From the NCBI GenBank assembly GCA_016782445.1, contig JADHYM010000002.1, positions 583 through 64,582 of the forward strand: a stretch of DNA of 64,000 nucleotides, in the 5' to 3' direction. This document shows, piece by piece, positions 34,797 through 43,380 of the stretch (position 1 is its first letter; every line of letters starts with the position of its first letter). The notes beneath the pieces were generated by a model. The model had not been told where the DNA came from. It saw only the letters and a list, made by a program, of their open reading frames with translations, and made no database searches. The stretch is from Candidatus Omnitrophota bacterium (GTDB lineage Bacteria > Omnitrophota > Gorgyraeia > JABMRN01 > RBG-13-46-9). Both the position numbers and the translations under genes were made by a program.

Positions 34797-35798
34797 ATGA
34801 AGCTCTCCTACAAGAAAGCCGGAGTAGACATAGACAAGGCGAATCTTTTTATCAAGAAGATAAAGCCGCTCATAATGTCCACAAAAAGACCCGGGTGGAT
34901 GAGTAATGTCGGGGCTTTTGCTGGATTTTTCAGGCCCAACCTCTCCGGGTGCAAAGATCCACTCATTGTTTCTTCGACAGATGGCGTCGGAACAAAGCTT
35001 TTAATAGCCAATTGGGCCGGCATACATGATACGGTCGGGGTCGACCTTGTTGCCATGAACGTAAACGATTGCGTGGCATGCGGGGCAGAGCCGCTTTTTT
35101 TTCTGGATTATTTTGCAACCGGCAAAATTTCTCTTAAAACCTCCTATGACGTGCTTAAAGGAGTTGCAACAGGTTGTAGGCGCGCCGGCTGCGCGCTGAT
35201 AGGCGGTGAAACCGCGGAATTACCGGGTATGTACAAACCCGGAGAATATGACCTGGCGGGCTTTTGCGTAGGAATAGTGGACAAAAAAAACGTGATAGAC
35301 GGATCGAAAATAAAAAAAGGCGATTTAATCCTGGGCCTTGCCTCCACCGGAATTCACTCAAACGGATACTCGCTGGTCAGAAAAGTCTTTTCAAAAAGAG
35401 AGCTAAAAACAAAATTAGCGAAAACAATATTAAAGCCGACCGCAATATACGTAAAACCCGCGCTTGATATTATAAAAAGGTTTAAGGTGAGCGGAATAGC
35501 GCATATTACAGGGGGAGGCTTTTACGACAATATAGAACGGCTTCTTCCCAAAGGGGCCAAAGCCGCAATATACAAAGGGACATGGCCTGTCTTGCCGATA
35601 TTTAAACTAATTCAATCCCGCGGCAAAATAGAGAACAGAGAAATGTTCAGGACCTTCAACATGGGTATAGGAATGGCTATTGTAATGCCAAGGAAAGAAA
35701 TTTTCGAAACGCAAAAATATCTCTGTAAAAAGCACAAGCTTAAAAGCTGGGTGATCGGGGAGATCGTTAAAGGAGCGCGCGGGGTGGAGATAATATAA
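34797..35798 (+). CDS. purM: Phosphoribosylformylglycinamidine cyclo-ligase (AIR synthetase)
   Basis: SYKKAGVDIDKAN, STDGVGTKL, DLVAMNVNDC and GGETAELPGMY motifs. Confidence 0.95.
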   Translation: MKLSYKKAGVDIDKANLFIKKIKPLIMSTKRPGWMSNVGAFAGFFRPNLSGCKDPLIVSSTDGVGTKLLIANWAGIHDTVGVDLVAMNVNDCVACGAEPLFFLDYFATGKISLKTSYDVLKGVATGCRRAGCALIGGETAELPGMYKPGEYDLAGFCVGIVDKKNVIDGSKIKKGDLILGLASTGIHSNGYSLVRKVFSKRELKTKLAKTILKPTAIYVKPALDIIKRFKVSGIAHITGGGFYDNIERLLPKGAKAAIYKGTWPVLPIFKLIQSRGKIENREMFRTFNMGIGMAIVMPRKEIFETQKYLCKKHKLKSWVIGEIVKGARGVEII

Positions 35799-35807
35799 CA
35801 GTTTTCA

Positions 35808-35847
35808 GTTGTCAGTATTCAGTTATCAGCGACTGAATGCTGACAAC
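35808..35847. repeat. 15-bp-stem hairpin of cagtt-type words between purM and purD
   Basis: gttgtcagtattcag (35808-35822) pairs with ctgaatgctgacaac (35833-35847), with one wobble position. Confidence 0.75.
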
Positions 35848-35866
35848 CAATAACTGATAACTAAAT

Positions 35867-37219
35867 ATGAAAATACTAGTAATCGGCTCCGGCGGGAGAG
35901 AGCACGCGCTTCTCTGGAAAATAAAGCAGTCAAAAAGGGTAAAAAAACTTTTTGCCGCACCGGGTAACGGCGGAACCGTTGGGATCGCGGAAAATGTTCC
36001 GATAAAAGCGAACGATATAAAAGGCCTGCTCGAGTTTTCTTTAAAGGAAAAAATAGATTTAACTCTGGTAGGGCCGGAAGTGCCTCTTACTATGGGCATT
36101 GTGGATGCTTTTGAAGAGAAGGGGCTGCGGGCTTTTGGGCCTTCAGGAAAAGCTGCCCGGCTTGAGGCAAGCAAAATTTTCACAAAAGAACTTTGCCGGT
36201 CCGAAAACATACCAACAGCTGATTTTAAGATCTTTGACAATGCCGAAAAGGCCAAGGAATATATTGCAAAGAAAGGCGCGCCGCTGGTTATAAAAGCAGA
36301 CGGCCTTGCGGCCGGAAAAGGAGTTATCGTCGCAAAAACTGAAAAAGAAGCAGTTAAAGCGGTAGACTCGATAATGGTCGCGAAGGAATTCGGTTCTTCA
36401 GGCGACAGGATAATCATCGAAGAATGCCTTGAAGGGGAAGAGGCCTCCATCATAGTCGTATCAGACGGAGAAAGTATTGTTTCCCTTGCCTCAAGCCAGG
36501 ACCACAAAAGAATATTTGACAATGATCTGGGGCCGAATACAGGCGGCATGGGCGCTTATTCCCCCGCACCCGTAGTGACGGATGAAATTTTCGATTATAC
36601 CGTATCGAATATGATCAAACCCGCCATAAAAGGGATGAAAAAACAGGGAATTCTTTTTAAAGGCGTTCTTTATGCCGGGATCATGATTACAAAAGAAGGG
36701 CCGAAGCTTCTTGAGTTTAACGCGAGATTCGGGGACCCGGAAACACAGGCTATTCTGCCCAGGCTTTCTTCTGATCTTGTGGGGCTCCTGGAAGGCTCTA
36801 TAGACGGCACGCTTAAAGATTATAGCCTGGATTGGGACGAGAGAAGTTCGGTTTGTGTTGTCGTAACCTCCGGCGGATACCCCGGTAAATACGAAAAAGG
36901 AAAAGAAATACGCGGCATTAATGAGGCTGCTTCGCTTAAAGATACATTTATATTTCATGCAGGAACCCATACGAGCGGGGACAGGTCTCATCCAGACACT
37001 ATACCTGATAATAGAGACCTGTCCCCGTCTAAAGTTTTTACAAATGGCGGACGCGTTTTAAACGTTGTCGCGTTGGGCGATAACATAAAAGAAGCGATCG
37101 AGAAAGCATACACCGCTTGCGAGCGCATAAAGTTCGACCGGATGCATTATCGGAGGGATATAGGGCACAGAGCGTTAAAAGGGTCACAGGCCGCAGGCCG
37201 CAGGCCGCAGGCTTCTTAA
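35867..37219 (+). CDS. purD: Phosphoribosylamine-glycine ligase, with an in-frame palindromic insertion and a repeat-derived C-terminal tail
   Basis: MKILVIGSGGREHAL start, ATP-grasp core, and FHAGT...TNGGRVLNV near the C-terminus. About 15 extra residues lie between FHAGT and TNGGRVL compared with what I recall for E. coli PurD. Confidence 0.93.
   Translation: MKILVIGSGGREHALLWKIKQSKRVKKLFAAPGNGGTVGIAENVPIKANDIKGLLEFSLKEKIDLTLVGPEVPLTMGIVDAFEEKGLRAFGPSGKAARLEASKIFTKELCRSENIPTADFKIFDNAEKAKEYIAKKGAPLVIKADGLAAGKGVIVAKTEKEAVKAVDSIMVAKEFGSSGDRIIIEECLEGEEASIIVVSDGESIVSLASSQDHKRIFDNDLGPNTGGMGAYSPAPVVTDEIFDYTVSNMIKPAIKGMKKQGILFKGVLYAGIMITKEGPKLLEFNARFGDPETQAILPRLSSDLVGLLEGSIDGTLKDYSLDWDERSSVCVVVTSGGYPGKYEKGKEIRGINEAASLKDTFIFHAGTHTSGDRSHPDTIPDNRDLSPSKVFTNGGRVLNVVALGDNIKEAIEKAYTACERIKFDRMHYRRDIGHRALKGSQAAGRRPQAS
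36977..37026. repeat. 50-bp palindromic element inside the purD coding sequence
   Basis: ggggacaggtctc (36977-36989) and gagacctgtcccc (37014-37026) are perfect 13-bp inverted repeats around a 24-nt centre. The element is read in frame, with the insertion as a whole reading HTSGDRSHPDTIPDNRDLSPSK. A related copy lies at 46055-46105. Confidence 0.8.
37187..37212. repeat. Tandem heptamer caggccg (about 3.7 copies) forming the last codons of purD
   Basis: caggccg caggccg caggccg caggc, read directly. It is followed by aacctgtaac words that complement the vocabulary at 41183-41258. Confidence 0.85.
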
Positions 37220-37258
37220 ACCTGTAACTTGAAACCTGTAACTAATTGAGGTGTAAGA

Positions 37259-37774
37259 ATGCGCAAGAAACCAATAGTATCAATAATAATGGGAAGCGAT
37301 TCGGATCTGGAAGTAATGAAGGAATCGAGCTTGGTTCTGGAAGGATTCGGCATAGCGCATGAGGTGAAGATACTCTCTGCGCACCGCTCGCCTAAACTCA
37401 CCAGCGCCTTTGCTGAAAAAGCCGCGGGAAAAGGCATAAAAGTAATTATAGCCGGTGCCGGTGGGGCAGCCCATCTTGCCGGTGTGGTGGCGAGCCACAC
37501 AACTATTCCCGTCATAGGCGTTCCCATGGATACGAAGGCGCTGAAGGGGATTGATTCGCTTCTTTCCACCGTGCAGATGCCGAGCGGCATACCGGTTGCT
37601 ACCGTGGCCATCGGGAAAACCGGCGCGAAAAACGCCGCGATCCTTGCTGCGGAAATCCTGTCTCTTGGGGACCAGGCACTAAAGAAAAAGCTTATCGCTC
37701 ACAAAAAAAGTCTTGTAAAAATCGTAAAGGAAAAAAATAAATTACTATGCCAAAAGCCAAGGTGCTTAAAGTAG
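37259..37774 (+). CDS. purE: N5-carboxyaminoimidazole ribonucleotide mutase
   Basis: VSIIMGSDSDLEVM..., SAHRSP and AGGAAHLAGVVASHTTIPVIGVP motifs. Confidence 0.94.
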   Translation: MRKKPIVSIIMGSDSDLEVMKESSLVLEGFGIAHEVKILSAHRSPKLTSAFAEKAAGKGIKVIIAGAGGAAHLAGVVASHTTIPVIGVPMDTKALKGIDSLLSTVQMPSGIPVATVAIGKTGAKNAAILAAEILSLGDQALKKKLIAHKKSLVKIVKEKNKLLCQKPRCLK

Positions 37775-38364
37775 ACCCGGGCGCGCCGGATAAAAACGCG
37801 GTACTTTTTGCCGCAGAGCTCCTGAAAAATGGGGGCCTTGTGGCGTTCCCGACCGAGACCGTGTACGGGATAGGCGCGAATCTCTCAAATAAAAAGTCCA
37901 TAGAGCGGCTTTACAGGATAAAAAAAAGGCCGAAAAGTAAGCCCTTTACTATTCATATAGCAAGCACCCGAACCATAAAAAAAACAGGTGCGCGCCTATC
38001 GCCTTTCGCGAAAGCGCTTATAAAAAAATTCTGGCCCGGGCCGCTAACCATAATCCTTCCCGCTAAAAAAGGAAAACTCGCGTTCAGGATGCCGAGAAAC
38101 GAAGTGGCGAAAATGCTTATAGCCCAAAGCCGCGTACCGGTCGCAGCGCCGAGCGCCAATATTTCCGGGAAATCCCCGGCCAGGACCGCCGGGGAGATTT
38201 TAAAAAGCCTTGGCAATCACGTAGACCTTATTATTGACGGCGGAAGGGCCGAGATCGGGGAAGAGTCCACAATCGTTGACACTACGGGTTCTTCCTATAA
38301 AATAGTAAGAAAAGGCGCTATCCCCGCTGAAGAGATAGAAAGAATCTGGGAGGAAGCGATCTGA
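37747..38364 (+). CDS. tsaC: L-threonylcarbamoyladenylate synthase (Sua5/YrdC/YwlC family, single domain)
   Basis: GGLVAFPTETVYGIGAN, KKRP..KPF, WPGPLT and APSAN.SG motifs. Confidence 0.9.
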   Translation: MPKAKVLKVDPGAPDKNAVLFAAELLKNGGLVAFPTETVYGIGANLSNKKSIERLYRIKKRPKSKPFTIHIASTRTIKKTGARLSPFAKALIKKFWPGPLTIILPAKKGKLAFRMPRNEVAKMLIAQSRVPVAAPSANISGKSPARTAGEILKSLGNHVDLIIDGGRAEIGEESTIVDTTGSSYKIVRKGAIPAEEIERIWEEAI

Positions 38365-38369
38365 AGCCC

Positions 38370-38837
38370 ATAAAAAAGATCCTGATAGTTTGCACCGGAA
38401 ACAGCTGCCGAAGCGTAATGGCCGAGGGTTATCTCGTCCGGAGACTTAAAGAGGCAGGAATAAAGGATGTGATCGTAGCCTCAGAGGGCACAAGCGCCAC
38501 GGAAGGTTTTCATCCGACACAAGAAACCGTCGATGTCATGAAAGAAGAGGCAATCGACGTCTCGGGATACGTTTCGTCATGCCTGGACCGGGGCCGGATC
38601 GATAACGCCGACATCATTCTCGTAATGGAACCTTATCATAAGGAAAAAATAGAGAGCTTCTCGCCCGGGTCCGGGAAAAAAGTGTTTTTCCTGCGGGAAT
38701 TTTCTTCGGAAAAAAAGAAGGAAAATATTTTCATAGAAGATCCGATAGGGAAAAGCGTTGATTTTTACAGGAAGGTCTTTGCTTTAATAAAAGATTCAAT
38801 AGAGGGATTTTTGATTTGGTTAAGGGAGAAGAAATAA
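38370..38837 (+). CDS. Low-molecular-weight protein tyrosine/arginine phosphatase (YwlE-like); start codon uncertain
   Basis: The catalytic P-loop KILIVCTGNSCRS (C-x5-R-S) is encoded at 38376-38414, upstream of the first ATG (38418). No ATG, GTG or TTG exists in frame between the upstream stop (38328) and the P-loop. Candidate starts are ATA 38370, CTG 38361 and CTG 38346. Confidence 0.75.
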   Translation: MKKILIVCTGNSCRSVMAEGYLVRRLKEAGIKDVIVASEGTSATEGFHPTQETVDVMKEEAIDVSGYVSSCLDRGRIDNADIILVMEPYHKEKIESFSPGSGKKVFFLREFSSEKKKENIFIEDPIGKSVDFYRKVFALIKDSIEGFLIWLREKK

Positions 38838-38854
38838 GATGTTAACCCGGTTTT

Positions 38855-38975
38855 CGTCGTTCGGTCGCGGTGGCGTCGCGGGAATCGGTTGCGTTAATCG
38901 GCTGCGTACGATATTCACGCAACCGTCCAACGACCAACGTTTCGCGCGACACAACCGACCGACGCAACCGCAGCC
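38855..38975 (+). repeat. GC-rich palindromic intergenic element, copy A
   Basis: gtcgcgggaatcggttgcgttaatcggctgcgt...acgcaaccgtccaacgaccaacgtttcgcgcgac...caaccgaccgacgcaaccgcagcc. It aligns with copies at 54498-54610 (same orientation) and 58105-58230 (inverted). Confidence 0.85.
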
Positions 38976-39014
38976 AGGTTTAAAATGTAGCGTTGTCAAT
39001 AGAGGTATATATTC

Positions 39015-39458
39015 ATGAATAAAATAGCTATAGGTTGTGATCACGGAGGATTCGGTCTAAAGGAATTTCTTAAAAATTATCTGACGGAAAAAGGGTATAA
39101 AGTAGAGGATTTTGGCACGTATTCGGCAGTGTCCTGCGATTATCCTTTAATAGGGCATTCACTTGCCAGGGCGGTTTCCCGGGGCAAATTCAGAAAAGGC
39201 ATACTTATATGCAAAACCGGTATTGGCATGGCTATTATCGCCAATAAACTTAAAGGCGTGCGGTCAGGGGTTTGCAACAATCTGAAACAGGCAAGCTCGT
39301 CAAGGCTGCATAACGATACGAATGTATTGAGCCTGGCGGCAAAATACGTGACACAAAATAACGCGAAAAAAATAGTCAGCGTCTGGCTTAAAACCAGGGC
39401 CTTAAAGGGGCGTCACGGAAAGCGCGTGGGGCAGATAAAAAAATTGGAGCTAAGGTAA
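39015..39458 (+). CDS. rpiB: Ribose-5-phosphate isomerase B
   Basis: MNKIAIGCDHGGFGLKEFLKNYL start and GILICKTGIGMAIIANK motif. Confidence 0.92.
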   Translation: MNKIAIGCDHGGFGLKEFLKNYLTEKGYKVEDFGTYSAVSCDYPLIGHSLARAVSRGKFRKGILICKTGIGMAIIANKLKGVRSGVCNNLKQASSSRLHNDTNVLSLAAKYVTQNNAKKIVSVWLKTRALKGRHGKRVGQIKKLELR

Positions 39459-39461
39459 AAA

Positions 39462-40724
39462 ATGAAGTACCTAAAAAAAACCGACCCTCAAATTTATAAA
39501 GCTATCCTGAACGAAACCAAGCGCCAGAACGATAAGCTCGAGCTTATAGCTAGCGAGAACTTCACTAGCCGTGAAATACTCGAGGCCATATCAAGCGTCA
39601 TGACCAATAAATACGCCGAAGGATATCCCGGCAAACGCTGGTACGGTGGCTGTGAATTCGTAGATGAGGCGGAGCGCTTATGTATTGAACGCGCCAAAAA
39701 ACTTTTCAGGGCCGAACACGCTAATGTCCAGCCCCACTCCGGCTCGCAGGCCAACATGGCCGTATTTTTTGCTGCGCTGAATATCGGGGATACGGTTCTG
39801 GCGATGGACCTGCGCTCGGGAGGGCACCTTAGCCATGGATACAGGTTGAATTTCTCGGGAAAATATTTTCACGTGGTCCCATACGGACTTTCAAGAAAAA
39901 CAGAAATGTTGGATTACGACGAAATACTTGCCCTGGCAAAAGAATACAAGCCGAAAATGATCCTTGCCGGCGGGAGCGCTTACCCAAGGACGATCGATTT
40001 TAAAAAGTTCAGGAGAATATGTGACGAGGTAGGCGCGTATCTTCTGGTCGACATGGCTCACATAGCCGGGCTTGTCGCAACGGGCCTTCATCCAAGCCCG
40101 GTGCCACTGGCGGAATTTGTAACTACCACCACTCATAAAACGCTCCGGGGGCCACGTTCGGGCGTAATTTTATGCAAGCGGAAATTCGCGAAACGAATTG
40201 ATACGGCGGTTTTTCCCGGGATACAGGGCGGCCCATTTATGCACACGATAGCGGCAAAAGCAGTATGTTTTAAAATGGCGCTTGAGGCTTCTTTTAAGAG
40301 ATACCAGAAGCAGGTTCTCGTAAATGCAAAAGAGCTCGCAATCGCGCTCTCGGAAAAAGGTTACCGGATAGTTTCGCAGGGCACGGACACACATCTTTTA
40401 CTGGTGGACCTTACCGGAAAAAATCTTACGGGAAAAGACGCGGCCTCTGTCCTGGACAGGGCCAACATAACGGTAAATAAAAATCTTATCCCGTTCGACA
40501 AAAAAAGCGCTTTTCTTACAAGCGGGTTAAGGCTCGGAACCCCTGCCCTTACAACGCGTGGCATGAAAGAAACCGAGATGCGGAAAATAGCCACCCTGAT
40601 AGACGATATACTAAAAAAACCGAGGGACCAAAAAACGCTGGCGTCGGTCAAGGAATCGGTAAAGCGCCTTGCGGGTAAATTTCCATTATACAAAGACATA
40701 TTAAAGGAACTAAAACGCGTATGA
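39462..40724 (+). CDS. glyA: Serine hydroxymethyltransferase
   Basis: [26 protein letters not shown] and [14 protein letters not shown] (PLP lysine region) motifs. Confidence 0.96.
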   Translation: MKYLKKTDPQIYKAILNETKRQNDKLELIASENFTSREILEAISSVMTNKYAEGYPGKRWYGGCEFVDEAERLCIERAKKLFRAEHANVQPHSGSQANMAVFFAALNIGDTVLAMDLRSGGHLSHGYRLNFSGKYFHVVPYGLSRKTEMLDYDEILALAKEYKPKMILAGGSAYPRTIDFKKFRRICDEVGAYLLVDMAHIAGLVATGLHPSPVPLAEFVTTTTHKTLRGPRSGVILCKRKFAKRIDTAVFPGIQGGPFMHTIAAKAVCFKMALEASFKRYQKQVLVNAKELAIALSEKGYRIVSQGTDTHLLLVDLTGKNLTGKDAASVLDRANITVNKNLIPFDKKSAFLTSGLRLGTPALTTRGMKETEMRKIATLIDDILKKPRDQKTLASVKESVKRLAGKFPLYKDILKELKRV

Positions 40725-41182
40725 AGAAAAGAAAAATAAAACGCCCGGACTGGGATGAGTATTTTTTGTCTATAGCGCACCTTGTAAGCAAGCGCTCGAC
40801 GTGCCTGAGAAGGCGCGTAGGCGCGCTTTTTGTAAAGGACAAGCGTATTCTTTTCACGGGCTATAACGGAGCCCCAACAAATATCGAACACTGCGAAAAA
40901 ACAGGATGTCTAAGGGATAAGTTAAGGATCCCGTCCGGGGAGCGGCACGAATTATGCCGCGGCTTACACGCCGAACAAAACGCCATTCTCCAGGCCGCAC
41001 TTCACGGCGTGAGTGTCCGGGGCGCGAAAATGTACGCTACGACCCAGCCGTGCATAATCTGCGCGAAAATGCTTATAAACGCCGGAATTAGAGAGATTGT
41101 TATTGAAGGCCGCTATCCGGATAAGCTCGCCAGGGACTTTTTTAAGAAAGCAGGCGTAAAAGTTAGAATATTTCGTAAGTAA
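40721..41182 (+). CDS. Deoxycytidylate (dCMP) deaminase / ComEB family
   Basis: [18 protein letters not shown], zinc ligands HAEQNAI and [14 protein letters not shown]. Confidence 0.88.
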   Translation: MKKRKIKRPDWDEYFLSIAHLVSKRSTCLRRRVGALFVKDKRILFTGYNGAPTNIEHCEKTGCLRDKLRIPSGERHELCRGLHAEQNAILQAALHGVSVRGAKMYATTQPCIICAKMLINAGIREIVIEGRYPDKLARDFFKKAGVKVRIFRK

Positions 41183-41234
41183 TTGTTTCAGGTTGTAGGT
41201 CACAGGTTACAGGCTTTAAGTTACAGGTTCTAGC

Positions 41235-41264
41235 TTGCAACCTGCAGCCTGCAGCCTGTATAAT
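41235..41264 (+). promoter_or_regulatory. Sigma70-like promoter of nrdR, partly built from word repeats
   Basis: TTGCAA, 18 nt, TATAAT. The -10 box ends 11 nt before the nrdR ATG. Confidence 0.35.
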
Positions 41265-41274
41265 AAACTAAACC

Positions 41275-41724
41275 ATGAAATGCCCCTACTGCAATTCGAA
41301 ACGCGACAGAGTAATCGATTCTCGCTCCATAAGAAGCGCCCAGGCCGTGAGGCGCCGCCGTGAATGCTTAAGGTGCCACAAGCGCTATACGACCTACGAA
41401 TACGTAGAGGAAATTCCTCTTATGGTCATAAAATCAGACGGCCGGAGGGAGCCGTTTGACAGGCAGAAGATATTGAACGGCCTTATCAAGGCGTGCGAGA
41501 AGCGCCCTATAAGCCTTGACAAGCTCGAGGGCATTGTTTCCAAGATCGAATCGCAGCTTCAGAATAAATTCGTAAAGGAAGTAAACTCAAAAATAGTGGG
41601 CGAGATTGTAATGAAATCTCTTCATTCACTGGACGAGGTTGCTTACGTGAGATTTGCTTCTGTCTACCGCCAATTCCGCGACGTTTCGCAGTTCACCAAG
41701 GAACTGAAAAAGTTTCTAAAGTAA
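41275..41724 (+). CDS. nrdR: Transcriptional repressor NrdR
   Basis: MKCPYCNSKRDRVIDSR zinc ribbon followed by an ATP-cone domain. Confidence 0.94.
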   Translation: MKCPYCNSKRDRVIDSRSIRSAQAVRRRRECLRCHKRYTTYEYVEEIPLMVIKSDGRREPFDRQKILNGLIKACEKRPISLDKLEGIVSKIESQLQNKFVKEVNSKIVGEIVMKSLHSLDEVAYVRFASVYRQFRDVSQFTKELKKFLK

Positions 41725-41770
41725 ACATACCTCAACGAGTAATTTGTAATCATCGCAATTTCACGGATAA

Positions 41771-41802
41771 TTTGTAATTTGTGAAATCTTACAAATTACA
41801 AA
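41771..41802. terminator. Bidirectional hairpin of taatttgtaa words between convergent nrdR and the PpiD-like gene
   Basis: tttgtaatttgt-gaaatctt-acaaattacaaa is a perfect 12-bp AT-rich stem, embedded in a larger word array (41735-41830). Confidence 0.55.
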
Positions 41803-41835
41803 CAACAAATTACCAATTACCCGTTATTTTTGCGG

Positions 41836-43308
41836 TTAAAGCTGATCCAGGTTTACTTCTAGAGAAGTATCCTGCTGAGCGTTTTTAGTCCACTCCTCGA
41901 CGGCTTTCACCTGTTTTATGGTAAGAATCTTTTTTCGGTAAGCTTCCTTTTCCGATTCAAATTTCTCTTTTTCTATAAATATTAACTCAACAGGCTGCAC
42001 AAAAGCATAGCCCTTACGCACCTTGATCGGCCCGGAAATTTCCCCGACCCGAAGCTTGAAGGCCGCTTCCACCGCAACATAAGACTCTCCGACGCCTGTT
42101 ATATAATCAAAGCGTCCTACGGGGTCAGTTTCCCCGAGAGGGAGATTGTATTTTTCAGCAATGGTTTTTAAAGAAAGACGCTTTGTTTTTATGGCATCGT
42201 CGTAAATTTTTTGGGCTTCCTGATAAGCCAGGACATACATTTCGTATTCCTTTATCGCATTTACTATATAATCCTTTGCCTCTTCTTTTCTCTGTATACG
42301 GGAGGGGATCCTTTCTTTTACCCTTACGATGTAGGACATTCCGGATTCATCCTCATCTACTATGGGGACTATGTCTATTCCAGGCCTCAGGGTAAAAGCA
42401 GTTATTCCGATTTCGCTTATATTGCCTATTCCGGGCACAAGCTCATTCCTCGCAAAAGGCGGGGTTTCATTTACCTTGAGATTTAACTGCTCCGATATGG
42501 GCCCCATTTTGCGGGGGTTGCTTTTTAAAAGCTCATAGGCTCTTCTTATGGAACTAAGCGCTTCTTTTTTTTCTTCGTCGTTAGAATGGGGAAATTTTAT
42601 ATATTCGAGGACTATTCTTTCGGGCGCCCTTAAATTATTTTTTTGCTTTTGGTAATATTCCTCTATTTGTCCGGGAGAAACCGATACGTCATCGTAAAAA
42701 ATATCTTTATCAAGAACCGCATAATTCATGCTTGCCTTTTCAAAGTCAGCTTTATAAAAATCCATAAGCTCTTTATCGGTTACAGTTATGTCTTTTACAA
42801 TGTTCTGCTTATACTGTGATATTATGAGGCAGCTCCTTACGTACTCTTCGAATGTTCGCGGGGTCATATCCATGCCGAAGGCGTTGCGCAGAAAATACTC
42901 GTAAACCCTTTTATCGAACTTTCCCCCGCGTGTAAAAAGCGGAAAATTAGTTATATAATTTATTAATTCCTCGTTGGATACGCTGAAACCGTCATTTTTC
43001 GCCTTGTATTTTATTATAAGGTTGTTCCAGGCGAGCCGGTTTAAAAGGGGACGATTTTTCTGTAATTCTTTAAGCGTTTCCGGCCGGTTGAAGTAGCTTA
43101 AAAAAAGCTCAACCCTGGCCTCTGTAAATGACCGCGTGAATTCCTTAAAAGGTATCTTTTTTTCGCCTATCGTACCTATATATTTAGGGGAAGAATTGCC
43201 TTCCCTCAGGCTGCCGGCTCCCCACAGGACGAAAGCCGGAATTATGATAATCGCCAACCCCCACAGGATTAGCTTCATTGTCTTTTTCTTGCGCAGTATG
43301 CTTAGCAT
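41836..43308 (-). CDS. PpiD/SurA-like periplasmic chaperone (peptidyl-prolyl isomerase family)
   Basis: N-terminal membrane anchor KLILWGLAIIIIPAFVLWG, a SurA-N-like helical region, and a parvulin-like segment. 490 aa. Confidence 0.7.
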   Translation of the reverse strand: MLSILRKKKTMKLILWGLAIIIIPAFVLWGAGSLREGNSSPKYIGTIGEKKIPFKEFTRSFTEARVELFLSYFNRPETLKELQKNRPLLNRLAWNNLIIKYKAKNDGFSVSNEELINYITNFPLFTRGGKFDKRVYEYFLRNAFGMDMTPRTFEEYVRSCLIISQYKQNIVKDITVTDKELMDFYKADFEKASMNYAVLDKDIFYDDVSVSPGQIEEYYQKQKNNLRAPERIVLEYIKFPHSNDEEKKEALSSIRRAYELLKSNPRKMGPISEQLNLKVNETPPFARNELVPGIGNISEIGITAFTLRPGIDIVPIVDEDESGMSYIVRVKERIPSRIQRKEEAKDYIVNAIKEYEMYVLAYQEAQKIYDDAIKTKRLSLKTIAEKYNLPLGETDPVGRFDYITGVGESYVAVEAAFKLRVGEISGPIKVRKGYAFVQPVELIFIEKEKFESEKEAYRKKILTIKQVKAVEEWTKNAQQDTSLEVNLDQL

Positions 43309-43380
43309 TTTGTGCTCCTTATAGGTTAGCTATTATAGTTATTCTGGCGGCATAAGGCAAGTATTTTAAGAGCGTTATAT

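Noticed and set aside
35812-36549. 245-aa minus-strand ORF antisense to purD
   Set aside because: It lies entirely inside the well-supported purD gene. The product is low-complexity and Ser/Pro/Phe-rich with no motifs, which is typical of a shadow ORF.
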